This document shows positions 30,418 through 40,891 of a DNA stretch of 64,000 bases, piece after piece. A program made the translations under genes and the position numbers. A model generated the notes under the pieces. It was not told the origin of the DNA, searched no databases, and saw only the letters and a program-made list of their open reading frames with translations. The stretch lies in IMG/VR virus record IMGVR_UViG_3300020578_000044; one strand, 5' to 3'. Each line of letters begins with the position of its first letter. Positions within the stretch are counted from its first letter, which is position 1. The DNA is from an uncultured virus (IMG/VR IMGVR_UViG_3300020578_000044). Lineage: Duplodnaviria; Heunggongvirae; Uroviricota; Caudoviricetes.

Positions 30418-30441
30418 ATCTCCTTGAACTAATCATTATAC

Positions 30442-30450
30442 ATTATATCA
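30442..30450 (-). promoter_or_regulatory. Extended -10 promoter element (TGATATAAT)
   Basis: Perfect TGnTATAAT 25 nt upstream of the chaperone start at 30417, in an intergenic gap, with an AAGGAG SD. Confidence 0.6.
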
Positions 30451-30453
30451 TAA

Positions 30454-31455
30454 TCATATTATAGGAGCTAAACCACCTAGTGTTTGACCCAAATTTGTTA
30501 CATAATTTAAATTCTCCGCAATTGCCAAAGGTGCCAACGGACCAGAAGAAACATTTTCAGCCGAAGCTCTCTTTATAAAAGTTGTGTCTACCTCTGTGAA
30601 ATAATGATCTCTTGCCATAAATTGATAAGTTTCCACAACTGGCTGCCCACCTGGGGCATATACTGTTGACATATTAATCAGGTTTACTTCTTGTATTACA
30701 ATTTTCATTGGAGAACTTAAAGAAGTGGATTTAACCACTCTTTGATTAACGTCAGAAAGCATTGTTCTAGAAAGATTATCTAAAGAACCATTAAATTCTA
30801 GATCATTTGTATCTGTCTGAAATAGGTTTTTGGGCGACAAAGCGACTTCCTCCATGCCATAAACTATAACAAGGTTAAAAGGAGGATGTGCGCTAAATAT
30901 ATTTCTATTAGAGTCTATGATATTCTTAAAATATGGATCATCTGTAATTCTGTCTAACTGACCTCTTTCCCAATATTTATCAATTAAAGCCTCATCTTCT
31001 TCTGTTTCTAATTGGCTTCTTAAATTAGATAGAACTCTGCCTGGAGCACTTTTGTTATTTGCTAGTGCAGATCTAGTTGATGCTGCCTTCTCTAGTAATT
31101 CCGTCATCCTTCTCGGGTATCTAGTGTATAAGGCTATTTCTCCAGTTATAATTCTAGTTCCATACATTATAGCATCGTAATTGTATGACCAAAATCCATA
31201 TAATGGCTGTTTTTCTTGACGTACATTGAAAGCAAAAGTTGCTATATCTAATTCATCATTGGGATCAAATAATCCATCAATAAAAATTTTGATATCCTCT
31301 CCGCTAAAGTAATAATCGTAATAGTTGCTAAATCTTCGATCTGTAGAATTACCACCACTCCAAGTTAAGTCTAGTCTTTCATTGATTGGATTAAATTCTT
31401 TTCTAGCGTTACTGGAAAAAATTCCAGGAAAAACCTGTGCAATTGGTGCTGGCAT
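30454..31455 (-). CDS. Tail tube-like protein (paralog 3)
   Basis: 333 aa; YFSGEDI, FNVRQEKQPLYG, GTRIITGEI, PPFNL shared with the other two tube genes. Confidence 0.7.
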   Translation of the reverse strand: MPAPIAQVFPGIFSSNARKEFNPINERLDLTWSGGNSTDRRFSNYYDYYFSGEDIKIFIDGLFDPNDELDIATFAFNVRQEKQPLYGFWSYNYDAIMYGTRIITGEIALYTRYPRRMTELLEKAASTRSALANNKSAPGRVLSNLRSQLETEEDEALIDKYWERGQLDRITDDPYFKNIIDSNRNIFSAHPPFNLVIVYGMEEVALSPKNLFQTDTNDLEFNGSLDNLSRTMLSDVNQRVVKSTSLSSPMKIVIQEVNLINMSTVYAPGGQPVVETYQFMARDHYFTEVDTTFIKRASAENVSSGPLAPLAIAENLNYVTNLGQTLGGLAPII

Positions 31456-31467
31456 GATATTACCTTT

Positions 31468-32265
31468 CTAGAGACGGAATCTTCGAGGAGGCACAACCTC
31501 AACCGGAACTGTTGGTCTATTGTAGTTTGTATTATAATATTCAGTTTCTTCAACTTGCTCCTGCAGAGCAGCTAGATCAGCAATAATTAAATCACCAAAA
31601 ACATTTGTACTGATTTGATCCCTAGCTTTCATCTCATCAGTGTAGGATGTGTCCCTGGAAACTGTACTATCATCAGGCATTCTGACCAGAGGTTGTATGC
31701 CCCTAGCCATATAGGTGTATGTTTGTTCGGTAATTAAGTCATCTATAGATAGAGTCTGCCCTTCATCGACTATTGTTACTCCAAATATTTTCATCTTTGA
31801 ACCAATACCATATTCATTGAAGAATGTTATAACAATATCAAATGGGGGCAACATATCTGCCAATGGAGCAAAGTACCCGGTTTTTCTTGCTAAATATTGC
31901 TTAAATTCTTTTATACGATAAAAAGCGTACTCGTTAAAAACTGTAAATATTAAGCTTCCAGCAATTGTTCTGCCACCTTTTATAAATCCCCTAACGTTAA
32001 CATGACCTAGCGTTCTTACTGGAGAATTCTCTCTGTGTATAGAATAGGAAATTGTTTGCAGTTCTCCAAGATTTATAGAATCTCCTTGAGACTCGACATT
32101 TCCATCTGGACCTATTACTGGTAAAACAATTGTGGCAACAGCGTCTGCGCCAGAATATGACATTGTAGATAAATATTTTTCCCAGTCATAAAGATCATTG
32201 CCACTTTGCGGAGCGGGTTCTTGTTGTTTACTTTTTCTAAAAGTATATGTTTTAATTTGTCCCAT
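31468..32265 (-). CDS. Tail tube-like protein (paralog 2)
   Basis: SYSGADA, ISYSIHRENSPVRTLG, GGRTIAGSLIF, PPFDI. Start moved to the ATG at 32265 (GGAG SD) because the ORF-track start lies inside a terminator hairpin. Confidence 0.75.
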   Translation of the reverse strand: MGQIKTYTFRKSKQQEPAPQSGNDLYDWEKYLSTMSYSGADAVATIVLPVIGPDGNVESQGDSINLGELQTISYSIHRENSPVRTLGHVNVRGFIKGGRTIAGSLIFTVFNEYAFYRIKEFKQYLARKTGYFAPLADMLPPFDIVITFFNEYGIGSKMKIFGVTIVDEGQTLSIDDLITEQTYTYMARGIQPLVRMPDDSTVSRDTSYTDEMKARDQISTNVFGDLIIADLAALQEQVEETEYYNTNYNRPTVPVEVVPPRRFRL

Positions 32266-32275
32266 TAAAATCTCC

Positions 32276-32320
32276 AAAAAATAAATAAATGCATGGAAGA
32301 TACCTCCCATGCACTTATTT
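32276..32320 (-). terminator. Rho-independent terminator after major tube gene
   Basis: Minus strand AAATAAGTGCATGGGAG-GTAT-CTTCCATGCATTTATTT followed by a T-run. Confidence 0.75.
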
Positions 32321-32338
32321 CGGCGACACTAGAAATTA

Positions 32339-33001
32339 TCAGGGTCTGATGATTGTTGTGTTCAATCCCTCAGGTGGTATTCCTGCCAAGTTAGTTGGAT
32401 CAACAAGAGTGTCATTTCTAATTGTGTACATGGGACCAAGTTCACGGGCAACATATGTCATTGTTTCTTCGATAACAATGTCATCCATTGAGGCGCCAGA
32501 ACCCTCGTTGAGAAGCTCTACACCGAAGATCGATCTAACGGCAGCCTGGCCATACTCATTGGCAAATGTTACAGTAATGTCAAAGGGTGGAATTTGGTCA
32601 GCGTAGAAAGGAACCTTTCTAACTACTCCAGTCTTCTGCTCGTTTACTTCAGCGATGCCTCTTCTATGGCCATTATCGCCAGGAAGGGTATTGTGACTTC
32701 TGGTATAGAAGTCCATAGGTCTGTTTTGCGAGTAGTTCTGATCTAACATCTTGTATAGAGCTGGGCGATCAAAGACTGTAAAAATTAATGAACCAGCGAT
32801 ACCTCTTTTGCCTCTCGAAAAAGAGCGTGGGTTAGGTGATCCCATGGTGTAGATTGGGGCCTTTTCTCTGGTGACCGAGAAAGTAATGCCGGAAAGGGCA
32901 CCTATTTCTACTCCACCAAATGTAGCTACAATGTCTGCACCTGAGAATGTGGTATAAGTATTAAGATACTTGTTAACTGATGTATATTCCTCTGCTGCCA
33001 T
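32339..33001 (-). CDS. Major tail tube protein
   Basis: 220 aa directly after sheath; TFSGADI, FSVTREKAPIY, GKRGIAGSLIF, PPFDI; strong AGGAGG SD; terminator downstream. Confidence 0.8.
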   Translation of the reverse strand: MAAEEYTSVNKYLNTYTTFSGADIVATFGGVEIGALSGITFSVTREKAPIYTMGSPNPRSFSRGKRGIAGSLIFTVFDRPALYKMLDQNYSQNRPMDFYTRSHNTLPGDNGHRRGIAEVNEQKTGVVRKVPFYADQIPPFDITVTFANEYGQAAVRSIFGVELLNEGSGASMDDIVIEETMTYVARELGPMYTIRNDTLVDPTNLAGIPPEGLNTTIIRP

Positions 33002-33029
33002 TTTGTTTTACCCTCCTAATCGGTAATTG

Positions 33030-34292
33030 TTATAGATTAATGGCTACTCTGACTTCGATCTCCTTGAGCTCGAAGGCAGGTGTTAAAATGAGGTCTACAA
33101 TCGCCTTGTTTTCGTTTGGTATGTATGATACTGTAAAGTCGCTACCAAGCAAGGCTCCTACGATTTGCATACCTCTCAAGCCAGAAGTGATAGCTGTTTC
33201 CATCGCATTTCTTGTTTGAATGTTTGATGGTTCGCCAACAAATCTCTGGCAAGCTTGTCTTACAATAGATGTTGCGTCGTCTATAATTCTCTTTGTTGAA
33301 AGACGAGTATAGTCTGATGTTGCCCAAGCAAATGTTAAGCCTTCTCCGAATACTGGAATCTTATTAAAGTTTATAATAACAGTATTTACGCCCTTGCCTC
33401 CAAGAGTGCTCTGCTGAGTTCTTGAGGGGGCATAACGAACAGCCTCTACGTTGAAAAGAGCTTTATTTACTAGTGAACTAAATGAAGGAAGTAAACTTAG
33501 AGCGCCAGCTACATGGGCTGCACCGTTAGAGTAACCAAACTCTGTTGTACCAGACTGGTAATTTACAGGCTTAATCTCTGCTGCGACTACAACAACATAT
33601 GGTCCAGTTTCCTTGAAAAGCGCGCTAGCGTTTCTGTTAGGTAGGTCTGTCAAAGCTAAGTGCGCAGAAACCTGACCGGGTGTCATAACCTCTGTTGTGC
33701 TGTAGTATGGCTTTATGCCCATAATTGCAATGCAAGGATTAATATTTTCTGAGATATCCTTAACTTTTGCGGCGACCTGGTAAGCCCAGTTGCTTAGAAC
33801 TGTTGAGGTATTGTCTGCAACGAAGCCGTATGATGCATCATCGCTGGGTGTAGCTGGGTTTTGCCAGTCGTTTGGATGAGCCCCTCTACCCCAAGGAATA
33901 ATCATGTCTGGGATAGCAGCTTCGGCAGCAGTAAATGCTGCATCGAAAACTGATCCACCATAAGAAGAACTTGTTACAGTTCCTGTGGCTGCAGGGCTAG
34001 TGGGGTCGGTATCCCATTTGGTGTCAGAAGGAAGTGGAACAATAAAAATTCTTCCAGCTCCAGCTAAAACAAGCTCCAAATAAGCTCGGTGAGCGTCTGA
34101 GCCGTCACCAAATGCGGTGATAGCATCTGCCTCATTGGTAACTCTGACGACGTCAAGATCTGCTACTGAACCAGTATTATTTGCTGTGCTACGACGTGCT
34201 ATTGCAACTATTCTAGGACCAACAGGTGTATCCTGACGTGATACACTGTAGAAGCGATCTCTAATTAATGTTTTTACTCCAGGTATAGCCAT
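33030..34292 (-). CDS. Tail sheath protein
   Basis: 420 aa; N-terminal PGV, C-terminal SDYTRLSTKRII...FVGEPSN...LILTPAFELKEIEV sheath signature. Confidence 0.85.
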   Translation of the reverse strand: MAIPGVKTLIRDRFYSVSRQDTPVGPRIVAIARRSTANNTGSVADLDVVRVTNEADAITAFGDGSDAHRAYLELVLAGAGRIFIVPLPSDTKWDTDPTSPAATGTVTSSSYGGSVFDAAFTAAEAAIPDMIIPWGRGAHPNDWQNPATPSDDASYGFVADNTSTVLSNWAYQVAAKVKDISENINPCIAIMGIKPYYSTTEVMTPGQVSAHLALTDLPNRNASALFKETGPYVVVVAAEIKPVNYQSGTTEFGYSNGAAHVAGALSLLPSFSSLVNKALFNVEAVRYAPSRTQQSTLGGKGVNTVIINFNKIPVFGEGLTFAWATSDYTRLSTKRIIDDATSIVRQACQRFVGEPSNIQTRNAMETAITSGLRGMQIVGALLGSDFTVSYIPNENKAIVDLILTPAFELKEIEVRVAINL

Positions 34293-34335
34293 ATTAGTTT
34301 CAATCCTCCAAATAATAAACTTTTTTGAATCTTCA

Positions 34336-34345
34336 ATTATAGTAA
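34336..34345 (-). promoter_or_regulatory. Putative phage late promoter (TTACTATAAT)
   Basis: TACTAT motif in the intergenic region upstream of sheath; recurs upstream of other structural genes. Confidence 0.55.
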
Positions 34346-34404
34346 CACATAACTTATAAAAACAACTACAAAGTTACCTTCAGAGCGTTTTTATATATAC
34401 CATT

Positions 34405-35268
34405 TCACGTGTTTGGAGTTGCCGTCTGGAACAGATCTATTATATTACCACTTGTACCTCGATAATTGGGCGTTGCTAGCTGATTCACTAACAGCTCCTT
34501 CTCGTAGGCCATCCAAGTTCTTGCATCAACAACAATTTTTTCGATTCTTCTATTGGACATCGCAAATGTTTTTTCTGTTGTCAACATATAGGTCACAGTT
34601 CTTTTATGAACGTCTTTAGCATCTCTGTTAATTTCAGAGTCAGATAAACGCCTAGAGTAAACTAATTCAGAAGCGCCTGCAGCTTTAAAAATAGATGTAT
34701 ATTCTAACATAAAATTCTCAAATGCCTCAATTACCTGATCACATAAAACCGCTGCATCAAGGTCATCTCTGGTAGTTAAGCCATTGGCGCCTTGGAAAGT
34801 GCCAACTTTAGACATAACGGTAAAACCAATAATGTTTTGAAAACGCTGGCCATAAATGGTCACAGTGTTAGATAATACATTTTGCCTCATTCTTGGTTTG
34901 GGTTCAGTTGTATGTGCTTTTCTTAACTCTAAATGATATCCTATGATTGCGGGGAATTCATCAAGACCAACATAGGTCGAAGATGGAGCGGAAGATAGAT
35001 CCCCAGAGGTGACATCTGTCCCGCCATTATCTTTATAGGTCACATAAGTTTCTCTATTTACACTCGATGGAAGTATGGGTATTGCTGGATAGCTTTCTTC
35101 CCATATTTTCTTAACTAAACCAATAAATTCTAAATAACTTAAATTACCAGAATAAATTTCCTCAATACCATGTTCATCTAGTCTTCTGTACCCAGGTGCC
35201 TGCAACTGAGGATATGCATATCTAAGGTTTTCGGAAAAACTAGGAAAATCTCTATTAATATATCCCAT
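34405..35268 (-). CDS. Putative tail completion/terminator protein
   Basis: 287 aa between neck and sheath genes; assignment is positional. Confidence 0.45.
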   Translation of the reverse strand: MGYINRDFPSFSENLRYAYPQLQAPGYRRLDEHGIEEIYSGNLSYLEFIGLVKKIWEESYPAIPILPSSVNRETYVTYKDNGGTDVTSGDLSSAPSSTYVGLDEFPAIIGYHLELRKAHTTEPKPRMRQNVLSNTVTIYGQRFQNIIGFTVMSKVGTFQGANGLTTRDDLDAAVLCDQVIEAFENFMLEYTSIFKAAGASELVYSRRLSDSEINRDAKDVHKRTVTYMLTTEKTFAMSNRRIEKIVVDARTWMAYEKELLVNQLATPNYRGTSGNIIDLFQTATPNT

Positions 35269-35269
35269 T

Positions 35270-36865
35270 TTAAGCTCCTGGACCAGCTGCTAAAGAAAAG
35301 TTAATTTTCTTAAGAGCAAAATATGATATTAATTCTATATCAAAAATTAATTTACCTTTTGTTGAATCAGAGAACTTTGCATTAAAAGAATAGTCTAAAA
35401 TAGCTTTATTAGTCTTTAGAAATTGCAAATATTTCTTTGACTCATCAATAATATTATCAAATGCCAATAAATCATGACCAGCTGCTGCAATACCTTTTAT
35501 TTCGCTAACAACTGCTGCAACTAATCTCATTTGGAATAGTTTACTAAAAACAGAATCTTGATTTGCCATAGTATATTCATTAGTTGCATAAGTTTCAAAA
35601 GGAATAGCTCTTCTAGTTTTTCTTCCCCTGTAAACTGTATTTATCCCTAGAGTTTCCAATCTTTCATATTCCAAATAAGTTAGATCTGAACCAAATAGCG
35701 ATAATGCGCCAGGTATTCTAGTTCTGATTAATGCTTTTGCCTGTTGATTTGCCGCAACCATCCCAGCGTAAGCTGCAGCTGCAGCTGACGTGTAGCTAAT
35801 TTTAAGTTGTGGATGTTGAAAAACCAATTCGCCATAAATAGGTATCACATACCTACCTTTATCCGATGATATTTGTCCGTCCAAATAGGTGGTAAATTTA
35901 TTGGTAAATAATGAATTAGCTTCTAAGATATCTATATCAGATGGCTTTATTCCATCTGATCTTGAACCAATAATCCCCATCTGAACAAATCCCGTAGAAT
36001 TATGAAAAGACGAACAATAGTTTGCCAGTTGAGTAATAAAATCAACTCCACCAGTATTCATAATACTAGTCTCCAATGGTACAACTATATCAACAAAATC
36101 TAAATCGATTATATCCTCATATGTTTGAGTCAATCTATCATAGTATCTTTCATAAAAAGTACTCTGAGTGCCTGGTGTAGCATCATTGATGGCAAAAACT
36201 GTGGTTGATAAATTTTTTTGAGCGTAACCCTCTACATATTCTGACATTGGCGCAACAGCACAAATCATAATATCCCTAGCGCCACAGGAATAGGCATCTA
36301 GCACTCCCCTCAAAAGGGGACTATTGGTATTTGCACCTATTAAATCTACTGCATGTTGAATGGAATTAATTCTAATTGGGTAGTTTAATTGCATTCCATC
36401 AGCGTGACCGAGAAGTAGTATAGTGCTTGTATTTCTTTTGTCCAATTGCTGATAAGTTGGCTTGTAGTTTATGACAGAAGATTTTGGTGAGGCAATAGTC
36501 ACTGATGAAACTTCATTTGTGGAGTTTTTTACTTGAAAAGTTGCTGTTGCATTTATATTTTGAACAGTGCTACTTGTTCTAGCTATAATAGTATAAACGT
36601 ATTCATATAAGTTTTGTGGAACCTTATAGGTAAACGTGTACTCACCAACTGCAGATCTAACTATAGAATTATTATTTTGATTTGCATTGTCTAGCAATAA
36701 TGAGAAGGGTCCATCGATTACTGGCCCAGAGCCAGTATCTCCCCTGAGAACATAAACAACAACATCTACCGGAGTAGACAAATTGCCAGGATCATAAATA
36801 GATCCATCATAATCAGTAAAAACAAATTTAAATTCTGCTGTCTGTCCTTTTGATAAAACTATCAT
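35270..36865 (-). CDS. Second sheath-like protein with N-terminal Ig-like (BppU-like) domain
   Basis: 531 aa; LLLGHAD, LLRGVLDAY..GA, LETLGIN, C-terminal FDIELISYFALKKINF sheath-like end; N-terminal beta-sandwich (VGEYTFTY). Confidence 0.65.
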   Translation of the reverse strand: MIVLSKGQTAEFKFVFTDYDGSIYDPGNLSTPVDVVVYVLRGDTGSGPVIDGPFSLLLDNANQNNNSIVRSAVGEYTFTYKVPQNLYEYVYTIIARTSSTVQNINATATFQVKNSTNEVSSVTIASPKSSVINYKPTYQQLDKRNTSTILLLGHADGMQLNYPIRINSIQHAVDLIGANTNSPLLRGVLDAYSCGARDIMICAVAPMSEYVEGYAQKNLSTTVFAINDATPGTQSTFYERYYDRLTQTYEDIIDLDFVDIVVPLETSIMNTGGVDFITQLANYCSSFHNSTGFVQMGIIGSRSDGIKPSDIDILEANSLFTNKFTTYLDGQISSDKGRYVIPIYGELVFQHPQLKISYTSAAAAAYAGMVAANQQAKALIRTRIPGALSLFGSDLTYLEYERLETLGINTVYRGRKTRRAIPFETYATNEYTMANQDSVFSKLFQMRLVAAVVSEIKGIAAAGHDLLAFDNIIDESKKYLQFLKTNKAILDYSFNAKFSDSTKGKLIFDIELISYFALKKINFSLAAGPGA

Positions 36866-36866
36866 C

Positions 36867-37238
36867 TTATTTCTCTCTTGTAGCGCCTACAATCCAATAG
36901 CTTACCTTACCCATACGCCCTCTTACCGCAGTAACAGCATCTATTGTAAACATGGTATATTTTTTGTTTACTTTCAAAGAAAAATTTTCGTATATTCTGT
37001 CACCCTCTTTGGGGCTAATATTATCTTCGAAATAATATACGGCATCGTATTTTGTGAATAGCCCATCTTGGGCTTCTGAGGCTGAAAGAGAATTGGTTAC
37101 ACCTGATTGACCTACCTGCCTAGTCGTGACTCTTTCAAATTTATTAGAATGATTTCCATTTAATAATATTCTTTGAATATAGATATCATGACCCCATTCT
37201 CGAAGAACTTTTTTAAAACTCCTTTTTACATCAATCAT
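36867..37238 (-). CDS. Head-closure/neck protein
   Basis: Likely start at MIDVKRS (37238), overlapping the upstream stop; YYFE...PKEGDRIYE pattern of head-tail joining proteins. Confidence 0.55.
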   Translation of the reverse strand: MIDVKRSFKKVLREWGHDIYIQRILLNGNHSNKFERVTTRQVGQSGVTNSLSASEAQDGLFTKYDAVYYFEDNISPKEGDRIYENFSLKVNKKYTMFTIDAVTAVRGRMGKVSYWIVGATREK

Positions 37239-38133
37239 ACTTCTTGAGGCCCCTTCTTGGCATAGGGTCATCTTGAGGCGGAACACTTCTTCCTGGTCCA
37301 TACAGTTCTCTGTCTGAGAGATAAACTATCTTTCCAGTTTCCACTTCTGGAATTTTTCCGGATGTTACCGCAAATCCGCTACCAGGAAGACCCTTCATTT
37401 GGAATCCCTTAGGGCCAACTTTTCCGGCTAATATTTCTTTTCTCAAAGATGCCGCTATTTGGCACCATGTAGTTGCATTATCCCTTGTTACCTTAGATCT
37501 AGGAATGGATTTATTTGTTAATGAAAAATCACCTAATTTAACTGACATTTCGTCGTCTCCACCAAAACCATACGTTCTACTAAGTTCACACGCAGTTGAT
37601 GCCTTAATATACTCTAATACAGTGAATGATAAGCCGGATCCATTTTCATCATCTAAAAGATTGTATAGAGCCTTAACTTCATTGGAATAATTATGCACTA
37701 TCTCGCCTATTTCTAGCAATGAAGCGTCTGGAAAATATGGTAAAAGTTCTTCTGGGTTAAGATATAAAGGAGCAAGATCAGGAGCAAAAATAATTATTTC
37801 TTCAGACTTAAGTGTGATTTTTGGCTGATATTCCGTAACAGTCGAGCTAACATATAATTTTTGGTTAACAACAACAGAGTTGCCGCTGTTTAAAAGACCA
37901 GTAAATTTAACAGAGTATGTATCAGCTGAAGTTGGAGTAAAATCATATGTATATACAGAAGAAGAACTTGCAGTAGCGTTTCCCGATTCAACTGTATTAC
38001 TTTCTGAATTTTTAATAATAACCGTTACAGGTGCCACTGGTACTAAATCAACTTCATTGCCGGAACTGTCTATATCTTTAAATTTAACAGTTATTCTTAC
38101 TGTATCATTTATAACAATTTTATCTGTAGACAT
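37231..38133 (-). CDS. Head-tail adaptor with N-terminal Ig-like domain
   Basis: 300 aa; beta-rich N-half; C-half with SVKLGDFSL neck-like motif; position after capsid genes. Confidence 0.55.
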   Translation of the reverse strand: MSTDKIVINDTVRITVKFKDIDSSGNEVDLVPVAPVTVIIKNSESNTVESGNATASSSSVYTYDFTPTSADTYSVKFTGLLNSGNSVVVNQKLYVSSTVTEYQPKITLKSEEIIIFAPDLAPLYLNPEELLPYFPDASLLEIGEIVHNYSNEVKALYNLLDDENGSGLSFTVLEYIKASTACELSRTYGFGGDDEMSVKLGDFSLTNKSIPRSKVTRDNATTWCQIAASLRKEILAGKVGPKGFQMKGLPGSGFAVTSGKIPEVETGKIVYLSDRELYGPGRSVPPQDDPMPRRGLKKYD

Positions 38134-38149
38134 AAAACCCCTTATATAT

Positions 38150-38602
38150 TTATGCGTTAGATATTATAGTAATATCTATTGTTCCAGCAGAATTTTTATC
38201 AAAAACTATAGTATCGGCTGTAGCAAATGCGTAAGATTCATTTTTATCTACGGATATAGCAACATAACCAGAACTCTCGGCGTCAATCCCCTGGGAGCTT
38301 GCTATAGCATATGCTTCTGCATTTATTTTATCAAATTCTATTGATCCATATCCATCAAATGCAGCAAATTCTAGGGAAGATGATGTTTCAGAATTTTCTA
38401 TAACACCCGTTGGAATTATTAATGATGAAGATGGAAGAAAAACTAATGTACTGGTAATAGAAGGTGGCTTTAAAACAATTACTTTTAGTAAATTTAAATT
38501 ACCAAAATTTAGTGTCAAACCAAATGACTGCGGAGATACTACATATAAGCCATTATATTGATAATGCTCTTGGCTATATGCTATATCTCCATCATATTTC
38601 AT
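38150..38602 (-). CDS. Hypothetical structural protein
   Basis: 150 aa ORF in the structural operon. Confidence 0.55.
   Translation of the reverse strand: MKYDGDIAYSQEHYQYNGLYVVSPQSFGLTLNFGNLNLLKVIVLKPPSITSTLVFLPSSSLIIPTGVIENSETSSSLEFAAFDGYGSIEFDKINAEAYAIASSQGIDAESSGYVAISVDKNESYAFATADTIVFDKNSAGTIDITIISNA
38163..38172 (-). promoter_or_regulatory. Putative phage late promoter (TTACTATAAT)
   Basis: TACTAT motif 30 nt upstream of the 38133 start. Confidence 0.5.
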
Positions 38603-38615
38603 TTAAATCTCTTTA

Positions 38616-40544
38616 TCAGAAGGTTCCACAATCTATAGTTATGCCATCAATTGACCCACCAGTAATTGAAACGTTATTTGAGTTTTGTGTTGCAATAGTT
38701 CCTAGACTTAGGGTGCTTCTTGCTGCTGCTGCATCTACATCGTCTATAAGTGAACGACCAAATGATGTGAAGGTTGCCAGTTCAGCAGTACCCGAACCAG
38801 TAAAGTATGGAAGTTTATCTGATGCAGATGTGAGTCCGGCAATTGCTGCCAACTCTGCATCATATCCCTGAACATCAGTTCCTATAGCTAACCCTAGATT
38901 AGTTCTAGCAGTTCCAGCATCTGTTGCCCCAGTACCGCCATTGGCAATCGCAATAGCGGTACCGTTCCATGTGCCAGTTGAAATTGTTCCAACAGATGTT
39001 AAGCTTGAAGCGGTTACTCCAGAACCAAGTGTAGTTGAACTTAAAACAGATGTTCCATTAATTTTAAATTCTTTACCAGTCAACAAATTCAGGTGTTCAG
39101 ATGAAGTCCACGAATCTGTAGCATCAACCCAGTTAAAAGTCTTGTCGGTAGCGCCTTTAAGAGTAATACCGCCGCCGTCAGCACTTGCGTCAGTTGGAGA
39201 GTCTATAGAACCGAGCTCCAAGTTTTTATCATCAACTGTGATTGTTGTTGAGTTGACAGTTGTTGTAGTTCCATTTACTGTTAGGTTTCCAGTAATTGTT
39301 ACGTCTCCACCTGCAGATACGTTATTAAACTGAACATTACTATTTGTTGCCACTGCTTGACCAATTGCAATTGTTGCATTTGATCCTTCGCCTGGAGTAT
39401 GGGTAATGGTTACGCCTGTTCCAGCAGTAAGGTCTGACATATAGTTGCCAGTAGTATCTGTACCAAGAGCTATTGTGCCAAGAAGAGCTACTGTTCCAGT
39501 TGCATTTGGTATAGTTATAGTCCTATCTGCAGTTGGATCAGTAACCGTTATGGTTGTTTCGTGATCGTCTGAACTTGACCCCTCAAAAACTACAGAAGAA
39601 CCATTTATGGTTAGCCCTGCAAATGTTGGCGAATCAGAGGTGGCAACTGCTTGACCTATAGCAATTGTTGGAGTTGCCGTCTCCCCTGAGTTGTTGCTGA
39701 GTGTTACGCCAGTTCCAGCAACAAGAGATGCAACATAATCACCACTTGTGTCTGCCCCTAAGGCAACTGAGTTTGCAGCTATTGTTGCTGTTAATGTTGC
39801 GTTGCCGAGGTTTGTAACAGTAGCACTACCGCTAAGGTCTCCTCCTAATGTTATTGTAAAGTCGGCAACATCAAAATCTAATGTATTATCAGTATCGTCG
39901 TAGCTTACGTTAATTCCAGATTCTGTGTTTGAAGACACCATTGCTCCAACAACGTCTGCTACAGCTTCATTAAAGTCTGTAACTGCTGTAGATGCTATTG
40001 CAATATTTGTTGCTCCGGCAGTTGTTAAACGACCCTGTGCATCAACAGTAAATGTTGCTACTGCCGTAGCTGAACCATATGAGGCTGCTGTTACTGCTGT
40101 ATTATCAAGATTGATTGTAACTGTATCTGTTGCAGAAGCGACTGATGTAAGACCTGTACCGCCAGAAATGGTCAAAGTGTCTGTGCCAGAAGTTATCGTT
40201 TGGTTAGCGCCACTGTCTGCAGCTACCGTAAACGACGTTGCAACGGCTCCAACAGCAGTATCGACATATCCTTTTGTTACAGCGTGTGTGCTGGAACTGG
40301 GAGCCGGAACTATTACTGTCCCTGAAAATGTTTTATTACCAGAAATTGTCTGAGTGCCAGTTAGTGTTGCAAAAGCTCCGGGACCGGCTATTGCAAGGAC
40401 GGACGTTGCATCTCCGCCCGAGTCACCTTTGCCATAATAAAGTGTTTCATCAACCTCGTTAAATGCTAATTCAGCATTTTTTAAACCAGACGGAGCGCCA
40501 GATGCTCCACTTGTTCTTCTTTTAATTCTAATTGTATTAGCCAT
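38616..40544 (-). CDS. Fiber protein (head/collar or tail fiber)
   Basis: 642 aa, Thr/Gly/Ala-rich; [18 protein letters not shown] fiber N-terminus; internal ~50-aa repeat; C-terminal DCGTF. Confidence 0.8.
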   Translation of the reverse strand: MANTIRIKRRTSGASGAPSGLKNAELAFNEVDETLYYGKGDSGGDATSVLAIAGPGAFATLTGTQTISGNKTFSGTVIVPAPSSSTHAVTKGYVDTAVGAVATSFTVAADSGANQTITSGTDTLTISGGTGLTSVASATDTVTINLDNTAVTAASYGSATAVATFTVDAQGRLTTAGATNIAIASTAVTDFNEAVADVVGAMVSSNTESGINVSYDDTDNTLDFDVADFTITLGGDLSGSATVTNLGNATLTATIAANSVALGADTSGDYVASLVAGTGVTLSNNSGETATPTIAIGQAVATSDSPTFAGLTINGSSVVFEGSSSDDHETTITVTDPTADRTITIPNATGTVALLGTIALGTDTTGNYMSDLTAGTGVTITHTPGEGSNATIAIGQAVATNSNVQFNNVSAGGDVTITGNLTVNGTTTTVNSTTITVDDKNLELGSIDSPTDASADGGGITLKGATDKTFNWVDATDSWTSSEHLNLLTGKEFKINGTSVLSSTTLGSGVTASSLTSVGTISTGTWNGTAIAIANGGTGATDAGTARTNLGLAIGTDVQGYDAELAAIAGLTSASDKLPYFTGSGTAELATFTSFGRSLIDDVDAAAARSTLSLGTIATQNSNNVSITGGSIDGITIDCGTF

Positions 40545-40883
40545 TTAAAAATTTCCTCCATCCGTAACTTCTTTTTCAGGCGCATTGACCCAAACAGCTC
40601 CGTTATATCTTAATATATCATTGTTCGCAACTGAACTGATAGTAACATCAGTTAAACCATTTAAAACTGATTGTGTAGTTATAGCTGATTCTGCTGCTAT
40701 AATTCTATCTTTAACTGTTAAATGCGATCCAGCTGGACTAAGACCCAAAACTGTCTCAATAGCTTCTACTGCATCATTTAGGTCAGCATGCTGCTGATGA
40801 TGTGGCACTGTAGCTGAGTTTAGTTTATCTGTTGAAGTTGGATTAACAAAATTATCCAATGTACCAGGATATAGCGTAGGCAT
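40545..40883 (-). CDS. Small fiber-associated structural protein
   Basis: 112 aa; LNGLTDVTI...NDILRYNG.VWVN fiber-type segment; ends DGGNF. Confidence 0.65.
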   Translation of the reverse strand: MPTLYPGTLDNFVNPTSTDKLNSATVPHHQQHADLNDAVEAIETVLGLSPAGSHLTVKDRIIAAESAITTQSVLNGLTDVTISSVANNDILRYNGAVWVNAPEKEVTDGGNF

Positions 40884-40891
40884 TGTTCTCC

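Noticed and set aside
32266..32310. ORF-track N-terminal extension of tube paralog 2
   Set aside because: Lies within the terminator hairpin; better SD and ATG at 32265
923..36865. Bacterial eCIS/tailocin or T6SS interpretation (multiple tubes and sheaths, Clp ATPase, effector-like hub)
   Set aside because: Terminase, portal, protease and MCP in the same gene cluster show this is a DNA-packaging phage
37239..37301. ORF-track N-terminal extension of the 144-aa neck ORF
   Set aside because: Long overlap with the upstream gene; the ATG at 37238 gives typical coupling
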